Made by a program: the position numbers and the translations under genes
NCBI RefSeq assembly: GCF_006345805.1
Contig: NC_042997.1
Location: 98,890,001 to 98,954,000 of the forward strand
Reading direction: 5' to 3'
Length of the DNA: 64,000 bases
Source: Octopus sinensis
Lineage: Eukaryota
In this document: positions 1 to 11,599 of the stretch, in pieces
Layout: each line of letters starts with the position of its first letter
How positions within the stretch are numbered: the first letter of the stretch is position 1
Notes under the pieces: generated by a model
What the model saw: the letters and a program-made list of their open reading frames with translations, nothing else
The model's database searches: none
Told to the model about the DNA's origin: nothing

Positions 1-585
1 AATTCCGAAATCTCCTACTCTATGATTTTAAAACTCTCTATGCCAATTGCTCTCTAAAGAAAGCAATATTTGATATATGTGTTAGGTGCTACACTCCAAG
101 CAATAGCCTCACAACGTGCCGAAAATGCAACATCTCAATTCTATTGATACGTTAAGTGGCCTTTCTGAAAAACACCAATAAAAACAAGTCATTCAAGAAC
201 TAATATCCGATTCGAATAAATTCAAGTGATTAATCAATTATAACTAATTTCTGTTTCTAGATGTTTCACATTATAACTTGTTATATCTAACATTGCAATT
301 TTTAATGTTTCACATACCGCACTGTTTAATTGATTCTAAATTTTTAAGTGATCCACATACCACACAGTCTTATATTTTGTTATGTGTGCCCCTCAAATGG
401 CTTCATTATATTTCAATTCATTTTGTGCAAAATCCCAGTTATGGGATTTAGCAGTTTCTCAAATAATTGGAATGTAATGTTTGACATCCTAAAGAAGGTG
501 AATGAAAATGTCTTGTAAAATTTGAGTGTTTAATTGCTGGATTGAAGAGTTTCTATTTTTGAATGTAAATGATGACTTCTAGAAA

Positions 586-783
586 GGTATATGAAAAGTT
601 CCTGGTTTTGAGTAAAAGAAAATACAGGAGGACCAGTTAATTATGATATTATTCAACATATTGCTCTTGTCAGATTCACACACTTATGACAGCGTTCCTT
701 CAGTTTTATTAAGCCATGGAAAAGAACACCAACAAGGCCTTTCGCTCCACCTTTAAAGCTAGGAACGTTTCAGCAGCCCTTTG
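586..783 (-). mobile_element. Mariner-derived MITE (~200 bp)
   Basis: Degenerate TIRs (...TGAAAAGTTCCTGG / CTAGGAACGTTTCAGCAGCCC). The minus strand keeps the transposase C-terminal remnant FHGLIKLKERCHKCVNL. Confidence 0.7.
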
Positions 784-1078
784 TAAACGCCCCACTTTCC
801 AGCTAAAGTAAAAGAACTCATTACACAACAAAAAACATTTTGTATTGTCAAGCATAAAATATACGTAGGCATACATCAGCTACAAAAGTTTATTTTTAAT
901 GGAAGCTGAACTGGTTTCATACATTTATTGCAACGCAATGATTTTGTTAACTCGATTTATGAGACATTAGATCAGAAGACAGTTAAAGCGTGACAATCGT
1001 AGATGGTTTACCGTCGTTCCTCGACGAGGATTGAGCTGTTCGTCAATTGAATAATTTACTCCTGAGTTAGTATCCAAA

Positions 1079-1292
1079 AGGTTGATGAAAAGTTCCTGGC
1101 TTTAAGGGTATCGCGAAAAGCCTGGCTGTAGGTCCAAACTTCCGAGTTTTCTTACAGAGCTTAGAAAAACTAAAAGACCGCTGCCAAAAGTGTGTGTATC
1201 TGAGAGGGGAATACGTTGAATAAAACCATAATTAACTGATACTCCTGTATTTTCTTTTACCCAAACCGAGGAACTTTTCAGCACTCCCATGT
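1079..1292 (+). mobile_element. Mariner-derived MITE, same family as 586-783, opposite orientation
   Basis: TIRs GATGAAAAGTTCCTGGCTTT / CCGAGGAACTTTTCAGCACTCCC. The plus frame reads FLQSLEKLKDRCQKCVYLRGEYVE*, a mariner C-terminus. Confidence 0.75.
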
Positions 1293-1666
1293 ATAAGTGG
1301 CTAAGCATTCCACAGACATAAGCGCTCATAACCTAATTATCAGTCAGGATGAGTGTGATACAGTGTATGTGACAAGGCCATACTATTTTAACTACATGTA
1401 CAAAGCCAGCCAATAGGTTCTATATAGTTTCTATCAACATAATTCCACACACGAGGTAATTCCACACAAGATCGACTTGACGCTATAAAAATTGACATTT
1501 GCCCAAGATGTCAAATTGTAGAATCGAGGCCGAGCTCTCATGCTTGCGAAATGAACTTCTTAACAATTCAGCCATACTGCCTAAAATAACAGGAAATAAA
1601 TATCTATAAACAGTAGTAACGAAAGAGAAAGTGGAATGATGGGATAAATAAATGCTCGTTACTTAC

Positions 1667-1872
1667 TTTTTGAGGTAGTCGAACTGCGGTTTGTACGTGT
1701 CGTATAGATCTACATCATACATCTCTACTTCATGAGTAAGATCAAGCGGACTAGTCAACTGCCATTGCCAAGTCATTCCCGGTTCAAATTGCCACCAACA
1801 TCCAAGAACTGATGCAATCTGCTGCAAGATGACCAGGTGCAGTACAGTCCATATCCATCCTGCATATACCAT
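1667..1872 (-). CDS. First coding exon of a secreted GH114-family glycoside hydrolase (endo-alpha-1,4-polygalactosaminidase-like); gene continues off the left edge
   Basis: Minus strand reads ttttgtttcttcagcag|ATTTAAAATG (acceptor, exon start 1882 or 1879), ATG at 1872, then 68 codons plus 2 nt and a gtaagt donor (plus 1661-1666). Protein MVYAGWIWTVLHLVILQQIASVLGC-WWQFEPGMTWQWQLTSPLDLTHEVEMYDVDLYDTYKPQFDYLK. A hydrophobic leader is followed by the W.P..G.TWQWQL...LD....V.MYD.DL.D signature that precedes K.VICYFSAGS in GH114 (PF03537, e.g. fungal Ega3). Family assignment is by motif recall, not by search. Confidence 0.8.
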
Positions 1873-1902
1873 TTTAAATCTGCTGAAGAAACAAAAGTGA
1901 AC

Positions 1903-1963
<61 letters not shown>

Positions 1964-3375
1964 TATATAATATATATATATATATATGTATGTATGTATG
2001 TATGTATTGTGTGTATTTGTGTGTGTGATATGTGTGTGTGTTTGACAGATATACGTTCATATATACATATATGCAAACAAGCAATGTATCGAAATAAATA
2101 TACTCTCTATTTCGTCGGTACACTATCCTCTTTCTAGAAGATAGACGTTCATAATATATGAAGGCATGATGCATCCTCAGCAGAAAAACATACAACTAGA
2201 GAGAATTTTACTCGGAGTAAATAAATGTAAAAACTCCCTGTGATACATGAAAGGAGTTAAAACATCAAGACTAAATCAAATTCCATTCAATTTTGAAATC
2301 TGCTGTATTAATAAATAAAATAAATACCATCCAGTTACAAGGAAAGTATTTATTGCGTACAAAGCGTTTAGCAGAGAGCTCAATAAATGTGAAAGTGAAA
2401 GAAATCCGCTGCTTGTATTCTTTCTGGTTTTAATATTATATGTCTATTAGAGATGGTTTCTCAAAACGAATACCTCAGTTTAGAAGGCTTCCAACACATA
2501 TACCATTTAAGTATGTATACAGATCGCTAAGTTTAAACTAATACTGCTTACGTCATTAATAGTGAATTTTCGTTTAGACTGCAGGCTGAATACATCTGTG
2601 ACCTTTCAATCACTGTTTAACTGTATCAGCTAGTAGCCGATGTGAGATGACGTGAATATTTACTGTTGAAGAAGCTTACAATAAGAAATGAAGATCCAGC
2701 AAATTTCATGACCAATGCTGGGCGACCTTTGCATACTGCCGATATTTTTCTGTTTTCATTCCTAAGAGATACGATCTCAGGACGAATACGACAGTTTAGA
2801 AGGCTTTCAACATATACACACTCTAAGTATGCATAAGATCGGTAATAGTAAATAAGTACTAGTGAAACGAATACTTTACAATAAATCAAACTACCTGTTG
2901 CAATAAGCACATTATATATTCTTCAGCTTTTCTGGACACGATCGTCCTTATAGTAGAAAGAGATTCACAAGATATGTGAATACGCGTAGGCTTATCTCCC
3001 ATTAATTCAATTGTCTCCGTCTATCACAATATGTGCGTGTTTGTTTACATAAGTATGTGTATGTATATATATGAATGTATTTATATTATGTAGGTACACA
3101 GACACACGCACGCACGCACAGAGATACACATTTATGCATATACATACATATATACATACACAAATACACAAACACATACACACACATGGACACACAAATC
3201 CCTTTCAAATGACCTATACTTCCTTTTGGCTTTACAAGACCCATTTACAACTTGTTTACAATACAGCTAACATTATCTAATTACCCTTTATCTGTCTTTC
3301 CCATATATGTACATATATATGTATGTGCGCATATGTATATGTTATATATATATATATATATTGTGCATATGTATA

Positions 3376-3440
<65 letters not shown>

Positions 3441-3480
3441 TATATATGTATATATAATGGTGTATATATATATATATATA

Positions 3481-3640
3481 GGTTCGTGCGTGGCTGTGTG
3501 CTAGGAAGCTTGCTTCCCAACAACAATGTTTCAGGTTCAATCCCGCTCTGCGGCACCTTCAGCAAGTGTTTTCTACTATAGGCTTGGGCCAACCAAAGCC
3601 ATGTCAGTGTATTTGGTTGATGGAAACTGAAAGAAGTCTG
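3481..3640 (+). mobile_element. tRNA-derived SINE family 1 (5' half)
   Basis: GTGGCTGTGTG..AAG (A-box-like), GGTTCAATCC (B-box), body ...GGAAACTGAAAGAAG shared with many copies in the window. Confidence 0.85.
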
Positions 3641-3670
3641 TCCTCTCTCTCTCTCTCTTTATATATGTAT

Positions 3671-3701
<31 letters not shown>

Positions 3702-3848
3702 CAAAGAGCAATAAAGATTCAAGTTAATTTAAATGAATTTACTTGAATATGGTACCAACTTAGATGCACCAAAAAAAACTATACTGATTTAACATACAGT
3801 AATGTGGGGTGATTATAAGCGAGAAAGAAGCAACAAGAATGGATAGGT

Positions 3849-3939
3849 TTTTAGTACGATCGTTTCATACAAGGACAGGTTTTATTAAAAGTTGCAAAGA
3901 TTACAGCATATAAACGAGTCCCGTACTCATCAGCTAAAA
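3849..3939 (-). ncRNA. Type I hammerhead ribozyme (minimal, palindromic stem III)
   Basis: Reverse complement of 4297-4386: TTTTAG CTGATGA GTACGGGAC..GTCCTTGTAT GAAA C GATC G TA CTAAAA. Confidence 0.8.
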
Positions 3940-4296
3940 TACATGTAAGTTCTCTAGACATCTAGTGTTTGAGGCTATACTCATGAAGTAATGTAGATAA
4001 TTAAGTAACATAAGCAGATTTCTAAAGTTCATTAAAGTTCTTTAAAGATGATGTACAGTCTTATCACAGAATTTTAAAAAAGTTTTGATAGCATCACAGA
4101 GAAGGTGACCTAATCCATATGAATTTCCATAGATATGATGAGGGATTATATACTCACAGAAGACAAATTTATCCATTGTTAATTACATTGTTAAGAACTT
4201 TAATGAACTTTAGAAATCTGCTTATGTTACTTAATTATCTACATTACTTCATGAGTATAGCCTCAGACACTAGGATGTCTAGAGAACTTACATGTA

Positions 4297-4386
4297 TTTT
4301 AGCTGATGAGTACGGGACTCGTTTATATGCTGTAATCTTGCAACTTTTAATAAAACCTGTCCTTGTATGAAACGATCGTACTAAAA
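4297..4386 (+). ncRNA. Type I hammerhead ribozyme (minimal, palindromic stem III)
   Basis: Stem I TTTTAG/CTAAAA; core CTGATGA 4303-4309; stem II GTAC-G-GGAC / GTCC-TT-GTAT with a 40-nt loop; GAAA 4369-4372; stem III palindrome ACGATCGT; predicted cleavage after GTA (4380). Confidence 0.8.
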
Positions 4387-4415
4387 ACCTATCCATTCTT
4401 GTTGCTTCTTTCTCG

Positions 4416-4474
<59 letters not shown>

Positions 4475-4499
4475 TTATTTATTTATTATATATTTATGT

Positions 4500-4710
4500 G
4501 TGTATATTTGTCTGTGTATTCCCCGCGCACACACCATTGCTTAGAAACCGATATAGGTGTATTTACGTCCCCGTAATCTAGCGGTTCAGCAGACGATATC
4601 GATAGAATAAGCGCCAGGCTTACAAAGATAAGTCCAGGGGTCGAGTTCTTCAACTACAAGTCGGTGCTTCAGCATGGCCACACTCGAATGACTGAAACAA
4701 GTAACAGAGT
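4500..4710 (+). mobile_element. SINE family 1, 3' half (degenerate)
   Basis: GTTTACGTCCCCGTAA..TAGCGGTTC..GATAGAATAAG..GGGGTCGA..CAGCATGGCC..ATGACTGAAACAAG, matching 12298-12690. Confidence 0.75.
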
Positions 4711-5134
4711 AAATAAGTAATATATATATATATATATATTATACCCTCAGGGTAACCAAAGCCGTGTGACTGGATTTCATACACGGAAACTGAAAGAAGA
4801 CTGTCGTATATATGTGTATATTTGTGTTTCTGTGTTGCTGTGTTTACGTACCCATAACTTAGCGGGTCGACAAATGACACTGATAGAATAAGTACTAGGC
4901 TTGCGAAGCATGAATCATGTGGTTGATGTGTTTGACCAACGGCGGTGTTCCAGCATGGCTGTAGTCACATGACTGAAACAAGTAAAACAGTAAAAAAGAA
5001 CTATGCCATTTTAATCCCGGGCAAGGACGGGTATCTTTGCAAGTAAATAAATATGCTCGAAGATAGAGCAGGACGTCCGTCAACTTCCACTACAGATGAA
5101 AAGAGTCAGCAATCTCGAGATATAGTAATAGTCT

Positions 5135-5290
5135 TGGATCCCTGCTCTTTGTTCTTTTTTAGTGCATATCGCTAGTGGAGCAGCCATGCTTACACTGTAA
5201 AACCTGAAAGAAAAATAGCGAAATCAGGCTCAAGCTTCGATCGCGTAACCACAATAGTACCAACTATAAGCACGCATGCGCAGGAGGTTG
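5135..5290 (-). mobile_element. Mariner 5' fragment
   Basis: Minus ATG at 5187 gives MAAPLAICTKKEQRAG, matching the MAAPL..CTKEEQR.VIRFL start of mariner transposases, then truncates. Confidence 0.6.
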
Positions 5291-6720
5291 TGTGACAATA
5301 ATAAAGATATGGTGAAAGTGCGGATAATTTTTGACTTCCCTTCGTACATATTATATCTTCAATTTTTATTTCCCACCAGTCACCTCATCTCATTAATCCT
5401 TATATTGTCATCTACTTTGTAACAGAGCCAGTTTGTATCAGGGACACTTAGTTAATAATAAATATTCTCGTAAAATTTTTCCTCCACACCTTAGTATATA
5501 TCATTTATAAATTACACATAAGTTACAAGGCCTATCAATTTCTGGCACGAGAATATGTATTATGGTGACAGAAATCCGACTTTCAATGGATAATTATGTA
5601 GTATTAATAATCGAAAGAAAAAAACCCACAAGAGAATAAGCATTTCTTAATCATAAATCCCTATCAAGTAGCAACAGTGGGGACGTGTATGTGTGAGTGT
5701 ATGTGTGCGCGTGCGTATGCTGTTCTTGGGAAAAAATAAATTTTGTTCATAACATAGTTTCTCAGAAAAGAAAAAATAAATTTTACGGTGCCCCAGTATG
5801 ACCCCTGCTGTCGATCTGAAACAAGTTAAAGAGTTAAACAATGTCAAAAATATAGGAAAGGCATCCCTATAGATACAAATGCATTATTGCTGTATTTGCA
5901 TAAGACACCATTTATTTTTAAATAAAGAGTCTCAAAATTCACCTGGGGTCCTTCTATATGAAATTGACCCAGTATACATTCTTTAATGAACTAAAATTGT
6001 ATGTATGCGCTGATAAAATTGTGGTCCGTTAAATTTGCCTGTGCATTTTTATGCCATCAAATATGATACTTATCGCTCCTCGACAAATATAATTTTATTG
6101 GGATTTACATAAGTGTCCAACATGTGTTCTGGAAATTGCATCTTGTCTATTTCTAGAATATTCACGCGAGAGAAATACGGAGGTATATGTTTATAGATTT
6201 CATTGATCCATTAGACTAAAGTAGGATTTAAAGTTTTGGATGGCAAGAAAATGAAATCTGTGAGTTCCAATAATAACTATCCCGACTGGTATTCGACTAA
6301 TTGAAGGGCCTAATCATTGAATTATAACGTAATTGACTGAGTTTTCCTCAGCTATGTGTATCATTTCAGATAGTTATAGACAGAAAAATAAGAAGATATA
6401 GTCTTTTGACAAAGATAGCCATTTATATTACAGGTGACGTCGCATCGAAGGGCTTCTACGAAGTTTTTATCAAACCAACTTCATTCACAAGTCTTAGAAC
6501 GATCTGAAGCTATGACCCAAGACACTTACCTGGGCCAACGGTGTGGGTCAAACTTTCGAATATATGGTTAACGAGGATTGACTTTAATTCTCACTGCTAT
6601 AACACTCTCCTCACCCCTCCCCACACATATTAAACACACTCACACATAGATATGTATGTATATATCTGTAACTACGTATCTTTTTATATATATATATAAT
6701 AAAAAATTATATATATATAT

Positions 6721-6954
6721 GGCTGTGTGGTAAGTAGCTGTGTGGTAAGTAGCTGTGTGGCTGTGTGGTAAGTAGCTATGTGGCTGTGTGGTAAGTAGCT
6801 TGTGGCTGTGTGGTAAGTAGCTTGCTTACCAAGAACATGGTTCCGAGTTCAGTCCCAGTGTGTGGCTCCTTGGGCAAGTGTCTTCTACAATAGCCTCGGG
6901 CCGACCACAGCCTTGTGAGTTGACTTGGTAGACGGAAACTAAAAGAATCCCGTC

Positions 6955-7016
<62 letters not shown>

Positions 7017-7365
7017 GTTTGTGTGTCTGTGTTTGTCCCCCACTCCAACATCCGATGGTGGTGTGTTTACGTCCCCATTACTTAGCGGTTCGGCAAGAGA
7101 GCCGGATAGAATAGGTACTAGGCTTACAAAGAATAAGTCCCGGGGTCGATTTGCTCCACTAAAGGCGATGCTCCTTTAGTGGAATAAAAAAATATATGTA
7201 TGTATGTATGTATGTATGTATATACACACATATGTACACACAATCACACACACACATATATGTGTACAAAGAATAAGACCTGTAGTCGATTTGCTCGACT
7301 AAAGTCGGTGCTCCAGCATGGCCGCATTCAAATGACTGAAACAAATAAATGAATAAAAGAATAAA
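6721..7365 (+). mobile_element. SINE family 1, full length with reiterated 5' end
   Basis: Complete head, (TA)n middle and 3' body; five tandem copies of CTGTGTGGTAAGTAG at the head. Confidence 0.9.
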
Positions 7366-7941
7366 AGTATATATATATATATATATATATACTAAGAAAA
7401 CAAATCAGAGTCTCTATCCTACTATGACATCTGCATTTATTATTTTTCTATATAAAGACTACGATGCGAAATCATTTGAATATTTTCAGTTCTTGATCGG
7501 AATGTAATCCGGTAAACTTCGTTGAAATACAATAATGCTTATATGAATTATTCATACGTACAATATTCTAATTCCCTGTGAAGCTGTTGAGTATTAATTC
7601 TAGAATAATCGTTTGTTTCATTCGTATTGGCATCTTTTATTTACTTGTAGCCTCTTTGAAATTCTTCCTTGTGAATTAATGTTTTCTGAATGATTCCACA
7701 AATTGCAGTATTAGAGTTTAAACTTCCTCTTTTCCATTTATTTATTATTCTGTATTCATTCCTGGTTGTCTAAATATTTCGTTGCAAAGATCTGGGTTTC
7801 TTTTCTTTTCTTTTTTTGTTTCTGTAATTTTTTTCTGTTTTTCTTTCTCATGCTTTTACGGAAAACATATTACAATATATGTATGCATACATAGGTGTCC
7901 ATAGATTCAAACACATACTCCCGTATACACTCACACATGTG

Positions 7942-7989
<48 letters not shown>

Positions 7990-10900
7990 CATTAGTGTGT
8001 GTATGTGTGTGTATGAATATATGAATACGTATGAAAGCTCATCGTTCACATCAGACATTTCCTAAATACAACATTCACACACTAAGTGACGCATGCCTAC
8101 ATTTATTTCAACTCATTTCTTTGATAAAAGGATAAGTCTGATAACCAGAAAGATAACTAGGAATAGATATCGGCTTATGTATATAGACATATATACATAT
8201 ACATATATGCATAGGCATATATATCTATCTGTGTGTGTGTGTGTCTACATGAGATGTATGTGCGCATATGTGTACATGTATGTATGATGTAAATTCTCGT
8301 CACATTGACATCTTGAATCATTTCTGTGATACTGACTTACTAGTCACTCTACCAGTCCTCACAATACACGCGCGCGTATATATGAAGGAATTTACACGAT
8401 CAATAATACAGATTACACCACAAGCATAGAATATACTTTTCGCCACTGTTAATTAATATACTGCTACTTCAAATTCAATACCCTGATTGTCATTGTGGAA
8501 GCACGTTCATTTTATATGGTTTGAAAATTGTTTTAGTTATAATTCAGTTTCTGCTACCTCACCCTCTAATACTAAAGCCAATAATTGCCAATATGAGCAG
8601 AAATACATCAACTTTTCGGGAATGGGGTGGTTGTTAGTCGATTTCATCGTCCCTAGTACTTTACTGGTATTTATCTTATCGAATTTGAAATGATGACTGG
8701 CAAAGCTAATTTCTGCGGGATTTAAACAGAAGAGGTAGAAAGTTGGAAGGAATGTCGCTAAGTATTTTTCCGACGAGTGAACATTCAGCAAACTTGCCAA
8801 CTTGAAGGGTTTTAATAATATAAATGATAAGATATTATTTTGTATATGAAACGTCATTATTTATATACCTTTAAAACCAAATAATGATAAGAGTACATAA
8901 ATGAAAGGAAAATAGTAAAATTGATGAGTATACAGGTTAGAGTGAAACAACCTTATCTAGAGGAATAGAAAAAAAATAGAGGAATAATGAAAGTAACAAG
9001 TTGACAACTCACAGAACAGGTGACATGTTGAATCAGTTGACGAAATGGGGAGAAAAGTAAATGATTTACCGTTAAACATAGAGAAGAAAACAACTTCACT
9101 TTGATTGGCAGCGAATTAGGATTTTCGGATTTGTAATTTCCTTCTATCAGTAAAGCAGGAAACATATTTAGGCAAATAAATGACGAAGGAAAACAGGAAA
9201 TTTTCTCTAAAATACATAATGATTTCATACACATACACATGCATATACATAAATACACACACTACCATATCTACAAAATATATATTCCACCAGCCTTTCA
9301 AGTTCTTTCCTATCAAGTACGGATGTAAGGATTTGCGTGGAACCTTATTTTTATAGTCAGTTATCTTAGTCAAGAATTTCGAGTCTGCCGTGCCTGTTAT
9401 TTATTTGTTCCCATTAGATTTCAATTTTTAAACAATCCTTGAAATCAAATTTGTTTTAACAATCATGAAATAAGCTGGCCGTTGTTCCTGATATTTACGT
9501 CGATCGTTCAATGCCCTACGTGAAGTTCCCATGTTAAATTTTAAGTCATGCTTTGCTACTAATATAAACTGCATAAACAATCTTCTAAGTTTTTGTGCGT
9601 TTTCTGTATATACATTACATCAATAACAAATGTGAGTTATCTAATTTTTTGTGCTGTGCTATGTTATATATTATCTTGTGTAGCTCCTTGCTATTTATAT
9701 GCTTGATCTGTCAATGGGTAAGTTTGATAATAGTATATGTTTTGGCTAACACAAAAATTTAGTTAAAACTCCCACACTTTGTAATTCATATTAGTCAATA
9801 CTTGGGTTTATTGTTGATTTGAGACGGGGAAATTTCAGTATTACCGTACCTTAAAGATAACAACGAGACAAAAACGCTATGTCCATTATGCTCTTTGTGT
9901 CGCGTCGTCTTGTTGCTGTGTAAGAAGCATATAGCTGGTGTATATTGCACCATCACAGACAACTAGTTAAGGAAGTGCTCAGCTTTCAAAAATATACATA
10001 CGGTCTAGGAGATTCTACACAGATTTATATAAGATATATCATTCCACATATCGGCCAAGATTGTCACCAATTGTTGCGTTGAAAACAAAAAGGTAAAAAA
10101 AGATGTTTTTAGAGGATCGAATTTATGGTATCCTTCTTCTTGCACGCTCTTCTATGTGTGCCTTAAGCAAAGAAGCATTTAGTTGATCTTTGTGATACTG
10201 ACCTTGTTTTCATTAGTTGTTTCACATTCACGCCTTTATTACTAGCAACGGTTGTAAAATAAATGCTAATCCTGTATGAATTCAAAACACCACATTCGCT
10301 CCTTACATTGGGTTTGTCCCGTTGTTTGTCAAGATGCACATGTGCGATGTTCTTGGTGCTGGCATTATCGTTTTTGTAGTTATTGGCATTAACCGTGTCA
10401 TCTAAAGTATTCAAATTAACAATTTTAGATGTTATAAAATTTAATTACTTTTCCATGCACGGTACGAGAGATTTATTCTGAAATTAGGTTTGTTCTTCGT
10501 GTTCATATTTACAATTTTTCTTTTAACATGGATTTCTGTGTTTGACTGGAAGCTATATTTAGATGAAATGTAAACAAAACAAAAAAGAATGTCCAAAAAA
10601 ATCGTGCGTTATGTACCCCACTCATACGATCCCCAATGTTTTCCAGGCGTCTTCTCTGCTGAGAATTATCCCCAAAGTAATATATTTCCTTCAATCGTAT
10701 TTGTCAAGGCATTAAAAATCTCAGAGGAAAACGAAGAATCATGGCAAATATCATAGGTTAATATACAATATTGGGAATGGAATCCAGAGATTATTTGCCC
10801 AAGGTGCTAAGGACTATTTATAAATTTTACTCTAAGGTTTTTCGATACATGTAATCCAGTAAATAATTCTTTTTTACTCTTCGTTTTACCAGACACTCAT

Positions 10901-11073
10901 ATAAATACTAAAATCAACAAATTATTACAGTCTCCATAAAAATTACTCCATCCATTTGTTTCACTGTCATTTATAGCATTCAAATGTATGTGTCCTGACG
11001 GAAACCAGATCACCATTTCTGCTTACTAAGAGGACTGTGTTTTGGGTTTACTATGACGCCGATATATATTGCT

Positions 11074-11400
11074 TTCAAATTTTGGCAGAAGGCCAGCAAT
11101 TTCGAGCGAGTAGGTAAGTGGCGTACACCGACCCTAGTGCTTAACTGGTACTTATTTTAATAACCCCGAAAGGATGAAAGGCAAAGTCGACCTCGGTAGC
11201 ATTTGAACTCAGAACATATAGTCGGGCGAAATATTTCAAATTTTGGCACAAGGCCAGCAAGTTCGGCGAAGTGAGTAAGTCGATTACATCGACCCAAGAA
11301 CTCAGCTGGTACTTATTTTACTGACCCGAAAGGATGAAAGGCAAAGTGAAACCTCGGCGGAATTTGAGCTCAGAACATAAAGACAGACGAAATGCCGTTA
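11074..11400 (-). mobile_element. SINE family 2, two tandem truncated copies
   Basis: Twice: TTCAAATTTTGGCACAAGGCCAGCAA..ACTGGTACTTATTTT..GACCCCGAAAGGATGAAAGGCAAAGTCGACCTCGG..ATTTGAACTCAGAAC. Confidence 0.85.
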
Positions 11401-11599
11401 TTTATTAGCATTCTTCTCTGAAATATCGATCTAATATAATCTACGAAATATTGATCTAATATAAAGGTATATATGAGCCAAAGAGAAAACCTTACAAGAG
11501 TTCTCGACCCAGCCAAGTTTCCCTCAAATCTCATCCAACTATTTTGAAAGAAAATAGAATGACACATTTGAAAATGTAGTCCTTAATGTAATATATATA

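Larger units (their letters stand above)
3701..4421 (-). mobile_element. Penelope-like foldback element, family A copy 1
   Basis: ~112-bp tail (3701-3813), inverted arms 3814-4042 and 4193-4421 (~229 bp, near-identical), 150-bp spacer, flanked by (TA)n. Each arm contains a hammerhead motif. Confidence 0.8.

Noticed and set aside
1-580. Search for the next GH114 exon (expected K.VICYFSAG)
   Set aside because: A candidate acceptor near 170 (-) hits a stop in the required phase and no motif was found; the exon is probably left of the window.
1102-1329. 75-aa minus-strand ORF
   Set aside because: It is the antisense of a mariner MITE; the meaningful reading is the transposase C-terminus on the plus strand.
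5270-5285. ACGCATGCGCA, NRF1-like promoter motif
   Set aside because: It lies in the 5' region of a mariner fragment; a similar GTGCGCATGCAC occurs in the mariner at ~54566.
9400-10100. Possible GIY-YIG-like remnant (GTSRRALNDR) on the minus strand
   Set aside because: Too degenerate, with no continuous frame or second motif I could confirm.
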